Source: an uncultured Candidatus Saccharibacteria bacterium (GTDB lineage: Bacteria > Patescibacteriota > CALEFQ01 > G965231055). From it: a DNA stretch of 64,000 bases. The notes under the pieces are model-generated. The model did no database searches. It worked only from the letters and a program-made list of their open reading frames with translations, and was not told the DNA's origin. Positions 37,180 through 48,004 of this stretch are shown here, in pieces; within the stretch, counting starts at the first letter, position 1; each line of letters opens with the position of its first letter. Both the position numbers and the translations under genes were made by a program. The stretch spans positions 180,711 to 244,710 of the forward strand of contig OZ246411.1 in assembly GCA_965231055.1 (NCBI GenBank). The letters are read 5' to 3'.

Positions 37180-37503
37180 AGAGAAGAACAGTCAAAACAT
37201 TGAAGAGTTTTTTTACAAAAAAACAGGAAGAACTCTACCTATAACAAATATTAATTTGACATGCACACTACAATACGAGGCTCAATATGTCAAGTTATCG
37301 TGACTTAATTGGAGAAAAGTTGTAGTCCTGGTATTGCCCTAAATACAATCTACTACCAAAAAATCCTCCGACTCTTATATAAAAAACAGTGCCTTCGGAA
37401 TGAACCGCAAGACACTGATCTTTGATACTTATGTTTTTATGTTGATAGAAATTTTACTTTGAGCTCAATCCTATAATACAAACCTATCACCTAATTCTTC
37501 TAG

Positions 37504-38982
37504 CTACTGAACTATATCTATAGTAGTCCCTATTGGCGCCCATGCCCAGAGCCAAGCCGCGTTTGCATAAGAAATATTTACACACCCATGACTCATCCTG
37601 TGACCAAAATTATTGTGCCAATAAGCACCGTGTAATAAGAATGAGGTGCCACCTATTCTCATATTATAAAGCGTATTTGGTAAATCAAAATTAAGAGGAT
37701 TTCCAGGACCGTAATTGCCCACATAGTGTTTGTTGTATATTTTTTGGCTCATATGATAATGCCCTGTAGGAGTCGGCATCATTGGAATTCCTGAAGAAAT
37801 CAGAAAAGTATTCGCCTCTCTTTGCCCTTCATATGCATAAAGTCTTTGCTCTGAAAGATCTACAACAATTCTTTTACTTCCGCCTCTCCACGAAGGATCA
37901 ACTGCGAGTACCAATTTTTCATAAGTTGAAGGAACCACCACAAGCTTATCTCTTCCATTATCTATATCTCCTATTGCGATATTTATTCCTCCTCTGTAAT
38001 TATAACTATAACCATTCATATCTTTTTCCAAACTCTTGCCATACTTGGTAAATGCTTTTATAAGAGGTGGTGAATCTGAATTAAAAACTGAGGTCACTAT
38101 ATCCTGCGCACCATCTCCATTTATATCTCCTACCGCAACCCTTATTCCTCCTCTATATTTTTTACCATATGGCGTGAACTCTTGATTCATGTTGAATTTC
38201 CCCGAACTGTATTCAAATGTTCTAACCACTCCCAAATTTTCTCTTTTTCCATGAGTTGCTTCTGCCAAGACTATTTCATCTCTTCCGTTATTGTTAAGGT
38301 CACCTGTAGCCAAACTAATTCCTCCATATCTATCATCTCCAAAAGCGCTAAACTTTCTCAAAAGTTTGCTGTCCATGCTATACATTCTGATTTTGGCAGA
38401 ACCTCTTAGTCCACTTGCTGCAATAATTTCATTTGTGCCATCGCCATTGGTGTCACCTATCGCGAGACTTACTCCATATTTGAAGTCATGTTTAAATGGC
38501 AAAAATTTTCCGTATTTTTCAAATACACTTCCTTTTTTTTGATAAATTTCTATCTTACAATCTGTCCCATACATTCTACCTATAACTATTTCGGCTTTTC
38601 CATCATTGTCCAAATCCCCTACAGCCACATTGATTCCGTTTTTTTGTGTTTTTTCGTATGGAAAAAAGGATCCTACTTTATTACCGTGATTATCATAGAT
38701 TCTAACCTGCGAAACTGGACCGGGGCCAGTTCCTACGACTATTTCATCGGTACCGTCTCCGTCTACGTCTCCTATTGCGATGCTTTCTCCCCCTTTGAAA
38801 CTTGAATCAAAGGCATTAAAATCACCCAAAAGTTTTCTAACCTTTTGATCATAAATTCTCACAAAAGGCCTTTCAGAATCATATTTAGCAGCAACATCAT
38901 TCGTAGCTGCGAAAAACAATCCGCAAACAACAAACATTGCTATTGCGCTAGCAATAATCACTCTTTGATTGTGTTTTTTCAC
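37504..38982 (-). CDS. Secreted FG-GAP repeat beta-propeller fused to a C-terminal L,D-transpeptidase (YkuD) domain
   Basis: N-terminal signal/TM; five or more GDxxGDGxxEIV loops; C-terminal ...FLLHGAYWHNNFGHRMSHGCVNIS (the HxnSHGC catalytic motif of YkuD). Confidence 0.7.
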   Translation of the reverse strand: MKKHNQRVIIASAIAMFVVCGLFFAATNDVAAKYDSERPFVRIYDQKVRKLLGDFNAFDSSFKGGESIAIGDVDGDGTDEIVVGTGPGPVSQVRIYDNHGNKVGSFFPYEKTQKNGINVAVGDLDNDGKAEIVIGRMYGTDCKIEIYQKKGSVFEKYGKFLPFKHDFKYGVSLAIGDTNGDGTNEIIAASGLRGSAKIRMYSMDSKLLRKFSAFGDDRYGGISLATGDLNNNGRDEIVLAEATHGKRENLGVVRTFEYSSGKFNMNQEFTPYGKKYRGGIRVAVGDINGDGAQDIVTSVFNSDSPPLIKAFTKYGKSLEKDMNGYSYNYRGGINIAIGDIDNGRDKLVVVPSTYEKLVLAVDPSWRGGSKRIVVDLSEQRLYAYEGQREANTFLISSGIPMMPTPTGHYHMSQKIYNKHYVGNYGPGNPLNFDLPNTLYNMRIGGTSFLLHGAYWHNNFGHRMSHGCVNISYANAAWLWAWAPIGTTIDIVQ

Positions 38983-39057
38983 GTTTTTATTTTAAATTTC
39001 GAGATTCAAAACAAGTTACTCCACTATCATAACTACTCCTCTAAGTGTACTTTGTTC

Positions 39058-39228
39058 TTATTGATTTTCCATCTCCCATTGTTCTTCGTCTTCAGGACCA
39101 TCTATTCCCCTGAGCTCTTTTGCGGGTCCTTTATCAAGATAAGTTTCTTCGTTCTCGCCCTGCTCTTCTCCCTCGGGTGTTAATCCCATTTCTTCTGGAG
39201 AAGGACCGCCTGATTCAACTGAACACAT
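39058..39228 (-). CDS. Possible small acidic protein (56 aa)
   Basis: MCSVESGGPSPEEMGLTPEGEEQGENEE... with unusually high GC for this window. Below the ORF-track size cut-off. Confidence 0.25.
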   Translation of the reverse strand: MCSVESGGPSPEEMGLTPEGEEQGENEETYLDKGPAKELRGIDGPEDEEQWEMENQ

Positions 39229-39399
39229 TTTGTTTTTATTAATTGGTTATTTATTGCTTATATTATAGCAAAAAATTTGATTTCGGTCAATAAAAAAGTG
39301 CTAAGTTTTTAGCATTCAGCGACGCTTGAATACTGAACACTGAATGCTACTTGCTATTTATACTTCACCACTCTATTATAAAACCAATAACTAAACACC

Positions 39400-40551
39400 A
39401 TGAACACAAAAGAGCTTATCAAAATTCTTTCCTCCCTTATCGAGACCAAAAGCGTCAATCCCCCAGGAAATGAATACAAGACAGCAAAAATAGTAGAGAA
39501 AATTTTTAGATCTCAAAAAATTAAATATACTATTCACGAAAAACAAAAAGGACGAACCAATGTAATCGGAAGAATTGGTGATCCCAAAAAAGGTCCATCC
39601 ATAATGATAAACTGCCACATGGACACTGTTCCAGCGGGAAATGGATGGAAAACAGATCCTTTTAAACTCATACAAAAAGGAGATACTCTTTTTGGAAGAG
39701 GTGTTTGTGACAACAAAGGACAACTCGCTTCGATGCTTTTGGCTTGTAAGGAACTAAAACAGCTTGAACCCAAATTAAAAGGTGAAATTATTTTGGTTGC
39801 TGCAGCGGATGAAGAAACAGGGTCAGAAAATGGAATACACTGGTTGGTTGAAAAAGGATTGATCAAGCCAGATATGGGAATAATTCCAGACGTCCCAGAT
39901 GGAACCAAAATCATAATGGCACAAAAAAGATTACTTCACCTAAAAATTGTAACCAGAGGCAAGTCCACCCATGGATCCACTCCGCATTTAGGAAAAAATG
40001 CCATTACTCAAATGATAAAATTCGTAAATATATTGGACGAATATAAGTTTGAAGCAATTCCAAGTGAGTATTTCAATCTGCACACTATGAACATAGGAAC
40101 AATCAGCGGAGGTAACGCCATAAACATGGTTCCCGACTATTGCGAATGCAAAGTTGATTTTAGGTTACTAAAAAATCAATCAAAAAAATATATTTTAAGC
40201 GAACTCAAAAAAATCTCCAAAAGAATAAAAGGAGCCAAGTTTGAATTTGTAGAAGAAGGCTATTCTGACTACGCTGAGGTGGATAGAAACAGCGAAATCA
40301 TTCGCTCTTGCGAAAAAGCCATCACCAAGACATTTGGGAAAAAACCCAAACTAGTGGGCATAGGCGGGTGCACGGACTCAAAAGCACTAACGCTCAAGGG
40401 GATTCCAGTAGCCGATGTTTCAATAGCAGGAAAAGGCGCACATGAACCAAATGAAAGTGTAAAATTATCAGAGCTCATAAAGCTCAGTAGGTTTTTTGTG
40501 GAGGTAGTCACAGATATACTAGCTAAACAGCAAAAAATCTTGAAAAAATGA
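39400..40551 (+). CDS. M20-family metallopeptidase (ArgE/DapE-like deacylase)
   Basis: HMDTVPAGNGWKTDPF, GRGVCDNKG and AADEETGS metal-binding motifs. Confidence 0.75.
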   Translation: MNTKELIKILSSLIETKSVNPPGNEYKTAKIVEKIFRSQKIKYTIHEKQKGRTNVIGRIGDPKKGPSIMINCHMDTVPAGNGWKTDPFKLIQKGDTLFGRGVCDNKGQLASMLLACKELKQLEPKLKGEIILVAAADEETGSENGIHWLVEKGLIKPDMGIIPDVPDGTKIIMAQKRLLHLKIVTRGKSTHGSTPHLGKNAITQMIKFVNILDEYKFEAIPSEYFNLHTMNIGTISGGNAINMVPDYCECKVDFRLLKNQSKKYILSELKKISKRIKGAKFEFVEEGYSDYAEVDRNSEIIRSCEKAITKTFGKKPKLVGIGGCTDSKALTLKGIPVADVSIAGKGAHEPNESVKLSELIKLSRFFVEVVTDILAKQQKILKK

Positions 40552-40712
40552 CGATAAACACAGGGAACAAGCCATAAATTCATCATATTATCCTATTAAA
40601 CAAGGAAGGTTCAACACTTATCGCTTATTGACCGCCACCCAATTGACTTTGGGACCTATTTCTAGTACAATAAATCAAAGATTAAACCATTAGCTAGCCA
40701 AAATTCAATCCC

Positions 40713-41432
40713 ATGTCAGGACATTCAAAATGGGCACAGATCAAGAGACAAAAAGGAGTAAATGACGCTAAAAAAGGCGCTATTTTTACTAAACTAGTAA
40801 AACAAATAACATTAGCCGCTAGAGAGGGAGGTAAAGACGCAAACACCAATTTTAAGCTCAGATTAGCGCTAGAAAAAGCCAGAGAATCAGGAATGCCCAA
40901 GGACAATATAGATAGAGCCATCAAAAAAGGTACAGGGGAAATAGAAGGAGAGGCATTTGAAGAAAGAACTTTTGAGGCATATGGTCCAGCGGGAACAGCT
41001 TTTATTATTTCAACCGTAACTGACAATACCAATAGAACTACCAACGAAATAAGAGGAACACTAAGCAAGCACGGGGGAAAACTAGCTACCACGGGAGCCG
41101 TTTCTTACCAATTTTCAAAAGTAGGACTAATTTACATAAAAACCGCGGGAAACGACAAAGAACAACTCGAACTTGATGCTATAGATGCTAGCGCTGATGA
41201 TGTAAACGAAGTAGAAGAAGGAATAGTTGAAATTAAAACTTCCCCAAAAAACCTAGAAAGCGTAAAAAAGTCTCTAGAAGAAAAAGGATATATAATAGAA
41301 AGGGCTGATATGGCTCTCATCGCCCAAAACCCTATTTCAATAAGCGAAAAAGAAAAAGAACAAGTACAAAAACTAGAAGAAACATTGGAAGAAATTGATG
41401 ATGTGACAGAGATAGCTACAAACCTTATCTAA
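40713..41432 (+). CDS. yebC: YebC/PmpR-family transcriptional regulatory protein
   Basis: N-terminal MSGHSKWAQIKRQKGVNDAKKGAIFTKL. Confidence 0.85.
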   Translation: MSGHSKWAQIKRQKGVNDAKKGAIFTKLVKQITLAAREGGKDANTNFKLRLALEKARESGMPKDNIDRAIKKGTGEIEGEAFEERTFEAYGPAGTAFIISTVTDNTNRTTNEIRGTLSKHGGKLATTGAVSYQFSKVGLIYIKTAGNDKEQLELDAIDASADDVNEVEEGIVEIKTSPKNLESVKKSLEEKGYIIERADMALIAQNPISISEKEKEQVQKLEETLEEIDDVTEIATNLI

Positions 41433-41929
41433 TGAAAAGTAAAAACAAAAAGAGAACTATAATACTGGGAATAGATCCTGGCACCGCCACTACTGGGTTT
41501 GGAGTAATATATAAAGAAGGTGGTGAAATCGGTTTTATAGATTGCGGAATAATAAAAACGAGTCCCAAAACCTCTTTTCCCAAAAGACTTTTGGAAATAG
41601 AAAAGGATTTATCGAGTATAATCAAAAAACACAAACCAAATAGTGTAGCAATAGAAAAGATTTTTTTCGCCAAAAACACAAAAACAGCAATAGAGGTAGG
41701 ACACGCCAGAGGAGTTGCAATATTGGTAGCTGCAAAAAGTAAAAAGGATATTTTTGAATATACTCCCCTTGAAGTAAAGCAGGCTATTACGGGATATGGT
41801 GGTGCAGACAAAAAACAGATTCAGGAAATGGTTAAATGCACTCTATGCCTAGAGCAAATTCCCAAACCAGATGACGCAGCTGACGCTCTAGCTATTGCAA
41901 TTTGCCATTCACAAAACAGAAAATTATAA
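41432..41929 (+). CDS. ruvC: Holliday junction resolvase RuvC
   Basis: ILGIDPGTATTGFGV, KQAITGYGGADKKQI and DAADALAIAICH. The start overlaps the yebC stop. Confidence 0.85.
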   Translation: MKSKNKKRTIILGIDPGTATTGFGVIYKEGGEIGFIDCGIIKTSPKTSFPKRLLEIEKDLSSIIKKHKPNSVAIEKIFFAKNTKTAIEVGHARGVAILVAAKSKKDIFEYTPLEVKQAITGYGGADKKQIQEMVKCTLCLEQIPKPDDAADALAIAICHSQNRKL

Positions 41930-42004
41930 TTTTTTAAATTTGTTTTTAGATTCTCAACGATTGATATGAGCAATCATCAATCGCTGGTAATTTAAACTCT
42001 AAAA

Positions 42005-43525
42005 ATGAAAAAAATAAACAAAATCTTGGTTTGTGTTTTGGCTTTGATCTCACTAGCCTACTTTGGAATCGCCAATGCACAAAACGAGACAGAAATACCC
42101 CCAGAAAAAAAGCTAACAGCATCTATTCAGGTTGATAGATCTATTTTGGTGGGAGATAAAACTATATTCAACTCATCAAAGAGTATAATTCCAGAAAGCA
42201 AAAATCAGGCAATCTACACTTGGGACTTTGGCAATGGCGCATACAGCAACGAACCAAATCCTGTTTATACATACAACTCATCCGGAGACTACACGGTAAA
42301 ACTAACCGTAAAACAAGGAAAAGAAACTGCATCAGAAGAAATAAGCGTGAAGGTTTTTGAGCACCTTATAATTTTGATCAACGACGGGTCTGCAGATGAA
42401 AATATAATGAAAGAATTAGCTAGGTTTGCTAACACAAAAGGAGTGCTACTCGAAAATATTGAAGACAAGTCTGGTCAGCCTGACTATGTAGTATTGGAAA
42501 AACTTTCTCAGAATTTACAAAACTTTTCAGATGAAATTTCAAAAGCGGAAATAATTATTGACTATACCAGTGGTTCTTTGGGATTAAACGCTTTATCAAA
42601 ATTTGTTCAAACAATTGAAGATACTAGTAACCTTGGACTAGAACAAAAAGTAATAGTTACAGCAACTACAAACTCAGCCGTACTAGCTAGGAGCGCCCAA
42701 TCCACATTTGATATCGTGAGACCTCAATACATTCTTTTGGTCAATCCAAACTCACTACATGCGGTAATAGAAGCACAAAGTGCAGACAATGTTTTTGAAT
42801 CAGTTAAAGATAACTTCGGAGATTACAGGTTAATAGGAGTACATAGCGAAAGATCTATCAAGAAACTTGGAGTGACCAATTTCATGACCTATGTTGTGAA
42901 TTTTATGGCGAACAGAGGAGTTCCAATGAATACAATATATCTAATTCTGATTCTTCCAGTTATTGCTACTCTAGTTTCTGTGGCAAGACAGGTAGTGGGA
43001 ATAAAAGCATTTGGTATTTATATAGCCACCATTATAACTCTTGCCTTTATAGTAACTGGAATAAAATATGGATTAATAATTCTTGGAATAATTCTTGCTA
43101 CCAGTGTTCTCGCTAGACTTATTATGAAAAAATTCAAACTTCTCTATCTTCCTCGAATGGCTATAGTTATGACAATTATGGGACTTGTGATTTTCGCTAT
43201 GTTTGCAGTAGGAGCGTACACTCATCGAACTGGATTTCTATCTATTTCTATATTCCCTATCTTGATAATCACAATGCTTGCAGAAAAATTTGTGGAAGAA
43301 CAAATAAGAGAAGGTATGAAAAACGCGATCCTGCTTTCTATTTTTACACTCCTAATCTCCGTTGCTGCTTATTTTCTTGTAAGCTGGGATTCATTTAGAA
43401 CATTGGTCCTTAGCTATCCTGAAATAATACTTCTTACTGTAGTTATAAATATCGCACTTGGAAGATTTACAGGACTAAGGCTTACTGAGTACTTTAGATT
43501 TCGCATTGCGAGAAAATCTCATTAA
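42005..43525 (+). CDS. Membrane protein: signal peptide + PKD-domain ectodomain + C-terminal 7TM module (7TM of the 7TM-transglutaminase type)
   Basis: PKD signature WDFGNGAYSNEPNPVYTYNSSGDYTVKLTV. The C-terminal ~230 aa contain seven hydrophobic helices. Confidence 0.55.
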   Translation: MKKINKILVCVLALISLAYFGIANAQNETEIPPEKKLTASIQVDRSILVGDKTIFNSSKSIIPESKNQAIYTWDFGNGAYSNEPNPVYTYNSSGDYTVKLTVKQGKETASEEISVKVFEHLIILINDGSADENIMKELARFANTKGVLLENIEDKSGQPDYVVLEKLSQNLQNFSDEISKAEIIIDYTSGSLGLNALSKFVQTIEDTSNLGLEQKVIVTATTNSAVLARSAQSTFDIVRPQYILLVNPNSLHAVIEAQSADNVFESVKDNFGDYRLIGVHSERSIKKLGVTNFMTYVVNFMANRGVPMNTIYLILILPVIATLVSVARQVVGIKAFGIYIATIITLAFIVTGIKYGLIILGIILATSVLARLIMKKFKLLYLPRMAIVMTIMGLVIFAMFAVGAYTHRTGFLSISIFPILIITMLAEKFVEEQIREGMKNAILLSIFTLLISVAAYFLVSWDSFRTLVLSYPEIILLTVVINIALGRFTGLRLTEYFRFRIARKSH

Positions 43526-43542
43526 AAACATAAACTAAAACT

Positions 43543-45897
43543 ATGTCAGATGTATTGGGAATGAATGCTAGAAATTTTAACTTTATAAGCCGAGAAAATA
43601 AACGCGGCGCAGTTAGAATTGCTGACAGCAAATCAAAAACCAAATCCATACTTTCTCGCTTTGATATTCCCACCATGCCCCTACTCGCCAAAGTTACAAA
43701 CTACAGGGACATAAAAAAGTTGAACCTCGTTGAAATGCCAGGGCAATTTGTTATCAAACCAGACAGAGGACTTGCTGGAGGAGGAATTTTGGTAATAAAT
43801 GAAATTACTGAAGACGAAAAAGGAAAACCTGCCTTCAAAACTTCAAGCGGTAAAATCTGGAAAGAAAAAGAAATAAAAGATCACCTAAGAGATATTTTGG
43901 ATGGTAATTTTTCCATATCTGGCACTCCCGATATAGCAATAATAGAAGAGAAGGCTATTCTTGATCCAGAAATTAGAAAAATAGCTCCAAAAGGAGTTCC
44001 TGATATTAGAATTATTACTTACAACAAAGTTCCAGTAATAGCTATGATGCGCATACCTACTGAGGCATCTCATGGTAAAGCCAATCTCAAGCTTGGAGCT
44101 ATAGGAGTAGGAATCGACATCGCCACGGGAAAAACCACAACAGCTGAAATTCAAAAACCCAAGAGAATGAGAATTACCAAACACCCTGAGAATAAATTTA
44201 CTTTGAAAGGTTTTCAGATTCCTCGCTGGAACGATATACTTGAAATAGCGGTCAAATGCCAAGAAGCTTCAGGACTAGGATATATGGGAGCAGACATAGT
44301 TCCTGAAAAAAACAGAGGACCGGTGGTTTTTGAAATCAATGCTAGACCAGGACTTGAAATACAAAATGTAAACGAATCGGGGCTTTACAGAAGACTTGAA
44401 AGAGTAAAAGGATTGAAAATTGACAGCGTTGCGAAGGGAATCAGGGTTGCGAAGGAGCTTTTTGGTGATATTGAAAACAGAGTTGAAGATATTTCAGGAA
44501 AACAAATAATAGGACTAAGCGAAACGATAGAATTAAGAGGAAAGGATAATAAAAAAATCAAAACACTGGCCAAGATAGAAACAGGATCAGCACTCTCCTC
44601 TATCTCCAAATCCATAGCGGAAAAACTAGGATTCAATCCGGAAGAAAAAACCGCAGATATTTCAATCTTGCTCGAAGAGATTAGATTTTCAACAAAAGTT
44701 AAAATTGACGATTCTGTAGATAAAAAATTTAGTGTGGTAATAGGACAAAAAGATCTCAAAAGCTTTATCATAGATCCCTCCAAAAAAGACAAAGTCGGAT
44801 ATGAAACAAATAAAATTTCACTTTACCAAACAATAGATAGAAAACTTGCAGATTCTTTCAGGGGAATAAATATTATCAGATCTCTAACCCCTACAAATCT
44901 ACAAGAACAAAAACAACTCTTTTTCAAAAAAGAAATTGATAGTCCGATTTTCGAATACGGAAACACCAACACGGAACTACTAAAACTACAAAAAGAAAAA
45001 CTAAAATCTCTCAAATTAGACTCCTCAACGCTAGGAACAATCTTTGGAGAATCAAGAGATGAACAGCTTAAAAAAATAGATCTCGTTATGAGCATAGGAA
45101 ATGAAAATTTTAATGAAAAATCAGAAGCGCTCTATGGAAGCCCCGCTGGATACCTCGTTGAATATGCTACAAAAAATTATAAAAGAAAATCTCCATCTTC
45201 TTCCAGCAAACAGTTCATAAGAGGAGAGGAAGTTTACAATGAAATCAAAAAGTTTCTTGTTAGAAATCAAATACCTCATAGAATTACAATGATGAAAGAA
45301 CTGTCCTCTAGGGTTTCCGTAATAGTGTCAGAAAACAGAGCGCTTGTCTCAGTAAGAAACGATGCAAAATTCACCAAAGAAGAGCTCAGGGGAACAATAG
45401 CTCATGAAATTGAAACTCATCTCTATAGAGCACTAAATGCTCAAAAACAAAAGTACAAAATATTTTCAATGGGACTATCAGGATACAAGGATGCAGAGGA
45501 AGGATTGGCAATAAAAAACAAGGAAGTTATATATAAAAATCCACGAAGATACGATACGAAGTGTATATATGTTTTGGCTATCAAGCACGCACAGAGCCAT
45601 TCTTTTTCAGAAACCTTTGGTTATCTAAAAACACTAGGCGTTGATGATAATGCTTCCTGGAACATCACTTACAAAGTAAAAAGAGGACTAAAAGATACTT
45701 CAAAGCCTGGAGCATTTACAAAAGACCTTGTATATCTAAGAGGGTTTTTGGAAATAGATAAACTCTGGAACAAGCCAGAAACCATAAAAAGATTGTACAT
45801 AGGAAGAATAGGGATTTCTTCACTGAAACTAATAGACAATTTGAATTTTATTAATCCACCAAAATATTTACCAGAATTTTTTAATCAAACCAAATGA
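43543..45897 (+). CDS. Three-domain fusion: RimK-like ATP-grasp (alpha-L-glutamate-ligase-related) + retropepsin-like (Zn_protease-type) + DUF1704 (QEGLA-motif) domain
   Basis: ATP-grasp motifs FVIKPDRGLAGGGI, KANLKLGAIGVGIDIATG and VVFEINARPG. Middle region KIETGSALSSISKSIAEKLGF (retropepsin-like, D replaced by E). C-terminal AHEIETH...AEEGLAIKNKE (QEGLA-type). Confidence 0.55.
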   Translation: MSDVLGMNARNFNFISRENKRGAVRIADSKSKTKSILSRFDIPTMPLLAKVTNYRDIKKLNLVEMPGQFVIKPDRGLAGGGILVINEITEDEKGKPAFKTSSGKIWKEKEIKDHLRDILDGNFSISGTPDIAIIEEKAILDPEIRKIAPKGVPDIRIITYNKVPVIAMMRIPTEASHGKANLKLGAIGVGIDIATGKTTTAEIQKPKRMRITKHPENKFTLKGFQIPRWNDILEIAVKCQEASGLGYMGADIVPEKNRGPVVFEINARPGLEIQNVNESGLYRRLERVKGLKIDSVAKGIRVAKELFGDIENRVEDISGKQIIGLSETIELRGKDNKKIKTLAKIETGSALSSISKSIAEKLGFNPEEKTADISILLEEIRFSTKVKIDDSVDKKFSVVIGQKDLKSFIIDPSKKDKVGYETNKISLYQTIDRKLADSFRGINIIRSLTPTNLQEQKQLFFKKEIDSPIFEYGNTNTELLKLQKEKLKSLKLDSSTLGTIFGESRDEQLKKIDLVMSIGNENFNEKSEALYGSPAGYLVEYATKNYKRKSPSSSSKQFIRGEEVYNEIKKFLVRNQIPHRITMMKELSSRVSVIVSENRALVSVRNDAKFTKEELRGTIAHEIETHLYRALNAQKQKYKIFSMGLSGYKDAEEGLAIKNKEVIYKNPRRYDTKCIYVLAIKHAQSHSFSETFGYLKTLGVDDNASWNITYKVKRGLKDTSKPGAFTKDLVYLRGFLEIDKLWNKPETIKRLYIGRIGISSLKLIDNLNFINPPKYLPEFFNQTK

Positions 45898-46835
45898 AAA
45901 CAGTACTAAGTCTTTATGGAGGAGATTCTGATTTCAAAACTTCAACGCCACCAAAAGATAAAAAATACAGGGAGTGCTATGAATACATGTACGAACTCGC
46001 TAAAAAGCACGGGGTTAGATTGGTGAGAGCGTCCAATAGTTGGTACGATGAAAAAAAGAGAGTGTTTAAACACGCTTGGACATACGAAAAAGAAAAAGGA
46101 TGGTTTACTATAGGAGAAACGAAACCCGATCTTGTCTGGGATAAAATGAACGCAAGCACCGAAAACGATGAATTTAGATTCGTAATAGCAAAAGCTTTTA
46201 AAATTATTAATGATCCCTTGTTTGCTCAAACAATAAACAATAAATTTCTATCTTCTTTGTTTTTCAAAGAATTCATACCCCAAACTATTTATCTGGATAA
46301 AACTACGGATGTAAAAAATGTAGCAAAAAAAATAAAAAGCGATAAGATAGTTTTTAAACCATTAACAAAAAGTGGTGGTAGCGGAATAATAATCGTAAAA
46401 CACAACGAAATAGCAAAAATAAAAATAAATGATCCGTATTTAGCACAGGAGTTCATAGAAACAGATGGCGGAATAAAGAACATAACAAATGATCGCCACG
46501 ACCTTAGACTAACCTTTGTTAACGAAAAACTAATTTACGCATACATACGAACTCCAGCAAAGGGCAAGCTCTTGGCAAATGTGTCCCAAGGTGGCAGTAT
46601 GGCAATTGTACCCATAGACAAGCTCCCTGAAAGCATTAAACCAATTCTCAAGCTCAATGAAAAATTGTTTGCGGATTTTAACCCAAGAATCTATACCATA
46701 GACTTAATGTTTGGACCAAAACAGAAACCCTATGTTGTAGAAATGAATGCAAGACCAGGAGTATATTTCTATCCTGATCAAAAAAGATGGCAAGATAGAT
46801 TTTATATGGCGATGATTGATGTGTTTAAAGAATAA
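45894..46835 (+). CDS. ATP-grasp fold amidoligase (YheC/D-like)
   Basis: KSGGSGIIIV...QEFIE...VVEMNARPG. Overlaps its neighbours by 4 and 20 nt. Confidence 0.55.
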   Translation: MKTVLSLYGGDSDFKTSTPPKDKKYRECYEYMYELAKKHGVRLVRASNSWYDEKKRVFKHAWTYEKEKGWFTIGETKPDLVWDKMNASTENDEFRFVIAKAFKIINDPLFAQTINNKFLSSLFFKEFIPQTIYLDKTTDVKNVAKKIKSDKIVFKPLTKSGGSGIIIVKHNEIAKIKINDPYLAQEFIETDGGIKNITNDRHDLRLTFVNEKLIYAYIRTPAKGKLLANVSQGGSMAIVPIDKLPESIKPILKLNEKLFADFNPRIYTIDLMFGPKQKPYVVEMNARPGVYFYPDQKRWQDRFYMAMIDVFKE

Positions 46836-47985
46836 TTTTATGAAAAACCAATTTATAGAAATAGGTGCTGATCCAAAAAAAGAAAAAGGCAATATTTTGA
46901 AATTATACATTGAAGAGGTTGTAAAAAGAAATCTACCAATATTCAAAATTACGCGTGGTATGTACCAATTCGGGATAGGAAACAAACTAAAAACTCTAAT
47001 GGGGCTTGCGACCCTTAGGGCTGCAAGGTTGACCAAAAACAAAAATTTAACTCACAACATATTACGAGGGTGTAATATAAGCGTTCCCAAACAGATTCTT
47101 CTAGAGAAAGACGACAAAGATCTTAAAAAAATAGAAGGATTAAAATTTCCGCTTGTGGCTAAGCCTTTTGATAAATCTCTTAGTTTTGGCGTAACACTTG
47201 ATATAAGAGACAAAAACCAATTGAAAAAAGCAATTAGTTACGCTTTTAAATGCGGAAGCAAAGTGGTAATAGAAGAATTCATAGGTCATTCCTTTGACTA
47301 TCGTTTGAGCTTTTTTGATGGGCATTATCTTGGCACAATGGTATCAATACCTCAATACATAAAAGGGGATGGTAAAAAAACAACACAGCAACTCATAAAC
47401 GAACTTAACGTTTGGAGAAAAAAAGAATACAACCTAAAGCCTAGAGAAAATAAATGGATATATCACATGGCTCTTCTAAGCTACGGGCTAACATTCAACT
47501 CGATCCCCGCGAAAGGTAAAAAAATCAAAATTTATAGCGGTTCAGGTTTGTACGAAAATGTTTCTGAAAAAATTCACCCCGAAAATATTGAACTTTGCAG
47601 AATGGCATCTGATGTACTTGGTCTGACTCTTTCAGGTGTGGATTTCATGAGTCCAAACGCCTCTATTCCCTACTATAAAAATGGTGGAAAAATCAACGAA
47701 ATAAACGACTTTCCTGATCTTGGCATTTACACAAAAACACCCATTGGTAAAAAAATTAATGTCGCGGAGAAAGCCGTGCAAATAATGTTTCCCACCGACA
47801 AGTCAGCTTGGGTGCCGATTAAATACAAAGGCAGAATAATTACAGAATTCAACGAGCTAAAGAAACTACTAAACGTAAAGCCAAGAGAAGTATTCTTGAG
47901 TGACCCCGATAGAAAAATAAAAAACAAAAAACTTCCGTTGATCGCATTTCTTACTAACTTTAGGGTCACAAAAATTAATATTTAG
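46816..47985 (+). CDS. ATP-grasp ligase, cyanophycin-synthetase-N-domain-like (paralogue 1 of 3)
   Basis: PLVAKPFDKSLSFGV, IKGDGKKTTQQLINELN and GVDFMSPNASIPYYKNGGKINEINDFP. Confidence 0.55.
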   Translation: MMCLKNNFMKNQFIEIGADPKKEKGNILKLYIEEVVKRNLPIFKITRGMYQFGIGNKLKTLMGLATLRAARLTKNKNLTHNILRGCNISVPKQILLEKDDKDLKKIEGLKFPLVAKPFDKSLSFGVTLDIRDKNQLKKAISYAFKCGSKVVIEEFIGHSFDYRLSFFDGHYLGTMVSIPQYIKGDGKKTTQQLINELNVWRKKEYNLKPRENKWIYHMALLSYGLTFNSIPAKGKKIKIYSGSGLYENVSEKIHPENIELCRMASDVLGLTLSGVDFMSPNASIPYYKNGGKINEINDFPDLGIYTKTPIGKKINVAEKAVQIMFPTDKSAWVPIKYKGRIITEFNELKKLLNVKPREVFLSDPDRKIKNKKLPLIAFLTNFRVTKINI

Positions 47986-48004
47986 CATAATAATAAATAA
48001 GCAT

